Assembly: GCF_002783505.1 (NCBI RefSeq)
Contig: NZ_PFGL01000041.1
Coordinates: forward strand, 27,370-91,369
DNA length: 64,000 nt
DNA from: Shewanella sp. CG12_big_fil_rev_8_21_14_0_65_47_15
GTDB taxonomy: Bacteria; Pseudomonadota; Gammaproteobacteria; Enterobacterales; Shewanellaceae
Reading direction: 5' to 3'
The notes beneath the pieces were generated by a model. The model saw only the letters and a program-made list of their open reading frames with translations, searched no databases and was not told the DNA's origin. Made by a program: the position numbers and the translations under genes. Shown in pieces: positions 60,954-64,000 of the stretch (its first letter is position 1; each line of letters opens with the position of its first letter).

Positions 60954-61954
60954 TGGATAAGATCCCCCACCGCATAATCAACTTTGGCTGCTGAACCAAT
61001 CACTTCATTCCAGCGACTTGGAGGTAGCCCTGTGCCTGGACGCATAATAGTTAATGCATCTTCGGTTAGTATTGCTCCTTTCTTTATTACCTTGGCTGCG
61101 ACAATACTTTTACGCACGATCCGTTTGTTATCTATTTCACTTTTACTCGGGACCTTTTTGCCGTTACCCAACGCGACTTCTAAATTTCGTATGGCGTTGA
61201 CCATTTGCTGTAATTCAAGTGGTTCGAGACTCGCTTTATGATCCGGTCCTATCATGTGCTTATCTAGCGTAAAATGCTTCTCGATAATAGTTGCGCCAAG
61301 TGCAACCGCTGCAATCGGAATTTCAATTCCTAATGTGTGATCGGAATAGCCCACTTTGATGCCAGGAAAGGCATGTTTAATGGTATTCATTGCTGATAAA
61401 TTCACTTCATCCATTGGGGTTGGATATTGTGTTGTTGCGTGTAAGACAGTGATCATCTCTAACGAAATACCATGTAGTTGCAGTACTTCCAGAGCCAGTT
61501 CTATTTCGCTTAAGTTACTCATCCCTGTGGAAAGGATCACAGGCTTACCAAAGCTGGCAATATGCGCTAAAAAGGGAAGGTTGGTCAGCTCTCCCGAACC
61601 AATTTTAAATTGATTTTGCAGGCCATTTAAAAAGGTGGCACTTTCAGTTTCATCAGGTGTTGACATAAATATAATGCTACGTTCATCGCAATAGGCTTTG
61701 AGTTCGACAAAATCAGGGTAGCTTAATTCTAGTGCTTTGAGCATATCAAATTGGGATATGTTTTCTTTCGTATTTTCAATTTGATACTGCGCCATTTCGG
61801 CTTCTTGTGTGACTAATAGTTCTGTTTTCCATGTCTGGAATTTAACGCAATCCACTCCAGCTGCTACCGCTGCATCGATAAGTGCCTTAGCCAGATGAAT
61901 ATCACCATTATGATTAACGCCCGCCTCGGCAATGATGAAGGTTTTGTTCGTCAT
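60950..61954 (-). CDS. neuB: N-acylneuraminate-type synthase (NeuB/LegI-like) with a C-terminal SAF domain
   Basis: FIIAEAGVNHNGDIHLAKALIDAA and GYSDHTLG motifs. ATGA overlap with neuC. Confidence 0.9.
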   Translation of the reverse strand: MTNKTFIIAEAGVNHNGDIHLAKALIDAAVAAGVDCVKFQTWKTELLVTQEAEMAQYQIENTKENISQFDMLKALELSYPDFVELKAYCDERSIIFMSTPDETESATFLNGLQNQFKIGSGELTNLPFLAHIASFGKPVILSTGMSNLSEIELALEVLQLHGISLEMITVLHATTQYPTPMDEVNLSAMNTIKHAFPGIKVGYSDHTLGIEIPIAAVALGATIIEKHFTLDKHMIGPDHKASLEPLELQQMVNAIRNLEVALGNGKKVPSKSEIDNKRIVRKSIVAAKVIKKGAILTEDALTIMRPGTGLPPSRWNEVIGSAAKVDYAVGDLIQ

Positions 61955-61963
61955 TTAATATCC

Positions 61964-62953
61964 TTAGGGTATCAGCCGATACTGTTGAAATCGATGAAGG
62001 TTCAAATCAGGATGACGCGCTTGCCATGTATCGTTGAGCCGTTGTCGTTGCGCTGGATTAAAGTCTAATCCGGCAATGTAAAAAGGTAAAATATCTTTTG
62101 AAAACTTAGCTTTAAATCTAAATAAACTGTCATCTTCTGCAGATGTTCTCCCGCCACCGAGGAGCATACTCTGGCAACCTGCCGCTTTTGCGCAAATAAA
62201 GGCCTGCTCAAGCAAATAGTAATTACCATTTTCGTATTGCCGTTCCAAGTTGTTGGCCGATAAATGATAGTGGGCAAGGGGGCCTGCGTGGAAAAAAAAG
62301 CCCGCAGAGATTAACTCACCATCTAACGAACGAACGCCTAAAAGCTGACAGTGGCTCTGTTGTCTAAGGGCTTCAAAATATGCTCGGGAAAAATAAAAAA
62401 AGGACTCAGCGTTATTTTTGTCCATAGTTTGACGGTAGAGGGTGATGAACTCATCGATACTGATGTTGTCATCTAACGTCAGTTTCTGTTGGCATTTACG
62501 AATAATATTACGAGTCGTCTTTGAGTAGCCTTGCCAGCGCAGTTGTTCATCTGCGAGTAGATTGACACTAACGACCCGACGTTCTTGTAGATGAAAATCA
62601 AACAAGCTCGCGTTCGTTGCAAGCGGGTTATGTGGATGAAAACGAATAAATTCACATACAATATGGTTGGCTTGGCAATCAGTACGGTAATGTTGCATTG
62701 CGCGGCGGATGAAGTTGATGTCATCACTGTTGGTGACAGGACCGCCATATCCATAGGGCGTTTCTAAATCAAAGAGTGGGTCTTCAAGTCCAGCGTCAAG
62801 AGCGTGAGGAATGGGGCGTTTAATACTTAAACACCTAAACCATTGGTTGTCTTCACTATATTCAAAGTGACTCAGTGAATCTATGTCATCAAGATAAAGT
62901 TTGGCATATTCATCTTGATAGTAGATGTCATTAATCAGAGTGTTAGCATCCAT
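61964..62953 (-). CDS. FemAB-like / Acetyltransf_6 GNAT-fold acyl (aminoacyl?) transferase
   Basis: YGYGGP, HYHLSANN and LGGG...LFRFKAKF resemble the FemAB/BioF2-like acetyltransferase family as I remember it. Confidence 0.5.
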   Translation of the reverse strand: MDANTLINDIYYQDEYAKLYLDDIDSLSHFEYSEDNQWFRCLSIKRPIPHALDAGLEDPLFDLETPYGYGGPVTNSDDINFIRRAMQHYRTDCQANHIVCEFIRFHPHNPLATNASLFDFHLQERRVVSVNLLADEQLRWQGYSKTTRNIIRKCQQKLTLDDNISIDEFITLYRQTMDKNNAESFFYFSRAYFEALRQQSHCQLLGVRSLDGELISAGFFFHAGPLAHYHLSANNLERQYENGNYYLLEQAFICAKAAGCQSMLLGGGRTSAEDDSLFRFKAKFSKDILPFYIAGLDFNPAQRQRLNDTWQARHPDLNLHRFQQYRLIP

Positions 62954-64000
62954 GTTTTTTGGTTTTTGCTTGGGGGCTGCTGGGTAAATTAATCAGTCGT
63001 TGCGAAAGCCATTCAGCATTGCTTTGCGGTCCTTTAGGTGCATCTGAATACATAGGTAAAGTGTGTATTAACTGCCACACAGGCCTTGTTATGACGCCAG
63101 CTTGATTTGTTCTCTCAAGAAATGCACTTTTTTGTGCTGGTTCTGGCAACAATATAGCATTTAGCCAGTAATTAGAGCTGCACTCTGGCGGTTCCTTAAT
63201 AAATTGATAGTCAGTGTTGGCAAAAAAAGCCTCATATTGATTGGCTATGGCTCTTTTTTGCACCAGGAATCGATTGAGCTTGTTCATTTGCGCGCATCCT
63301 AGCGCCGCATTTAAATTGGGCATTCGGTAATTAAATGCGGCTTCATCGTGATAAAACTCAAAAGCGTGGGGCTGTTTTGCCGTCGTTGTAATGTGTTTGG
63401 CTGAAATGCCCTCGGAGGGGGTTTGGCATAAAATCATGCCGCCACCGCCTGTCGTAATGATTTTATTACCATTAAAACTAATACAACCATATCTACCTAA
63501 GGTACCGGTATGCTTGCCTTTATAAAATGAGCCTAAACTTTCCGCGGCATCTTCCACTAAGGTAATGCACCACTTCTGGGCCAGAGCGACTAATGCATCG
63601 AGGTCTGCCGGATGTCCAAATGTATGCATGGGAACCATGGCCCTGATGATTTTCCCTGTCAACTTATGACGGCACTCATTATTGTCGGTGATTTCAGCGT
63701 GCTCAGTTAGATAGTTGTCGAGTGAGGCTGGGCAAAGACTTAAATGTGACAATGACACGTCGATAAATAGCGGCTGGGCACCTAAATGATGAATGGCATT
63801 GCATGTTGCGATAAATGTGAGTGACTGGCTGATCACTAAGTCACCTTGTTTGACGCCCGCTAAAAATAAGCCTGCGTGAAGTGCTGCCGTGCCATTAACG
63901 GTTGCCACAGCTGCACCAGCTTGAGTGTATTCTTTGACTAATACCTCAAATTTATCGACGTACTTTCCGACACTGGAAACAAATGTGCTGTGTATCGTCT
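62943..64000 (-). CDS. DegT/DnrJ/EryC1/StrS-family sugar aminotransferase (LegC/PglE-like), 5' end beyond the window
   Basis: The frame stays open upstream of the track start. My own translation of 63909-63998 gives ...VGKYVDKFEVLVKEYTQAGAAVATVNGTAALHAG, the canonical DegT N-terminal region. Confidence 0.85.
   Translation of the reverse strand, partial: TIHSTFVSSVGKYVDKFEVLVKEYTQAGAAVATVNGTAALHAGLFLAGVKQGDLVISQSLTFIATCNAIHHLGAQPLFIDVSLSHLSLCPASLDNYLTEHAEITDNNECRHKLTGKIIRAMVPMHTFGHPADLDALVALAQKWCITLVEDAAESLGSFYKGKHTGTLGRYGCISFNGNKIITTGGGGMILCQTPSEGISAKHITTTAKQPHAFEFYHDEAAFNYRMPNLNAALGCAQMNKLNRFLVQKRAIANQYEAFFANTDYQFIKEPPECSSNYWLNAILLPEPAQKSAFLERTNQAGVITRPVWQLIHTLPMYSDAPKGPQSNAEWLSQRLINLPSSPQAKTKKHGC

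Overview
This looks like a chromosomal segment of a gammaproteobacterium. Gene order and protein sequences fit Shewanella/Alteromonadales best, but that is an inference with no database search behind it. The backbone is housekeeping: rlmN-pilW-rodZ-ispG-hisS-yfgM-bamB-der, xseA divergent from guaBA, tadA, mltF, purL and cydAB. cydX is a 38-aa gene that the >=60-aa ORF track misses. Signalling and accessory content includes a periplasmic solute-binding protein translationally coupled to a membrane diguanylate cyclase, an orphan ParA-like ATPase with a ribbon-helix-helix partner beside a 0.5-kb AT-rich region, three GNAT genes, a pirin-DoxX operon with a divergent LysR regulator, a Cache-type MCP, and a TetR-controlled RND pump with a clear composite operator. 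A roughly 4-kb island sits between guaA and tadA. It encodes three envelope proteins (a beta-barrel protein plus two DUF1254/DUF1214-like proteins) and is bracketed by a duplicated copy of the guaA terminator. The right end (54.4-64 kb) is a flagellin-glycosylation / nonulosonic-acid locus of the legionaminic type. It holds a CBS-nucleotidyltransferase, a CMP-sugar synthetase, Maf, NeuC-like, NeuB-like and FemAB-like genes, and DegT aminotransferases, with a candidate sigma-54 promoter upstream. The 1.2-kb purL-cydA spacer contains an unannotated transcription unit with a strong sigma-70 promoter, a Shine-Dalgarno sequence, a 25-aa ORF and a 12-bp-stem terminator. It also carries a perfect FNR-type box and a CRP-like box upstream of cydA. 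I recognised no rRNA, tRNA, CRISPR array, transposase or integrase. All family assignments come from motif recognition by eye and need confirmation by homology search.
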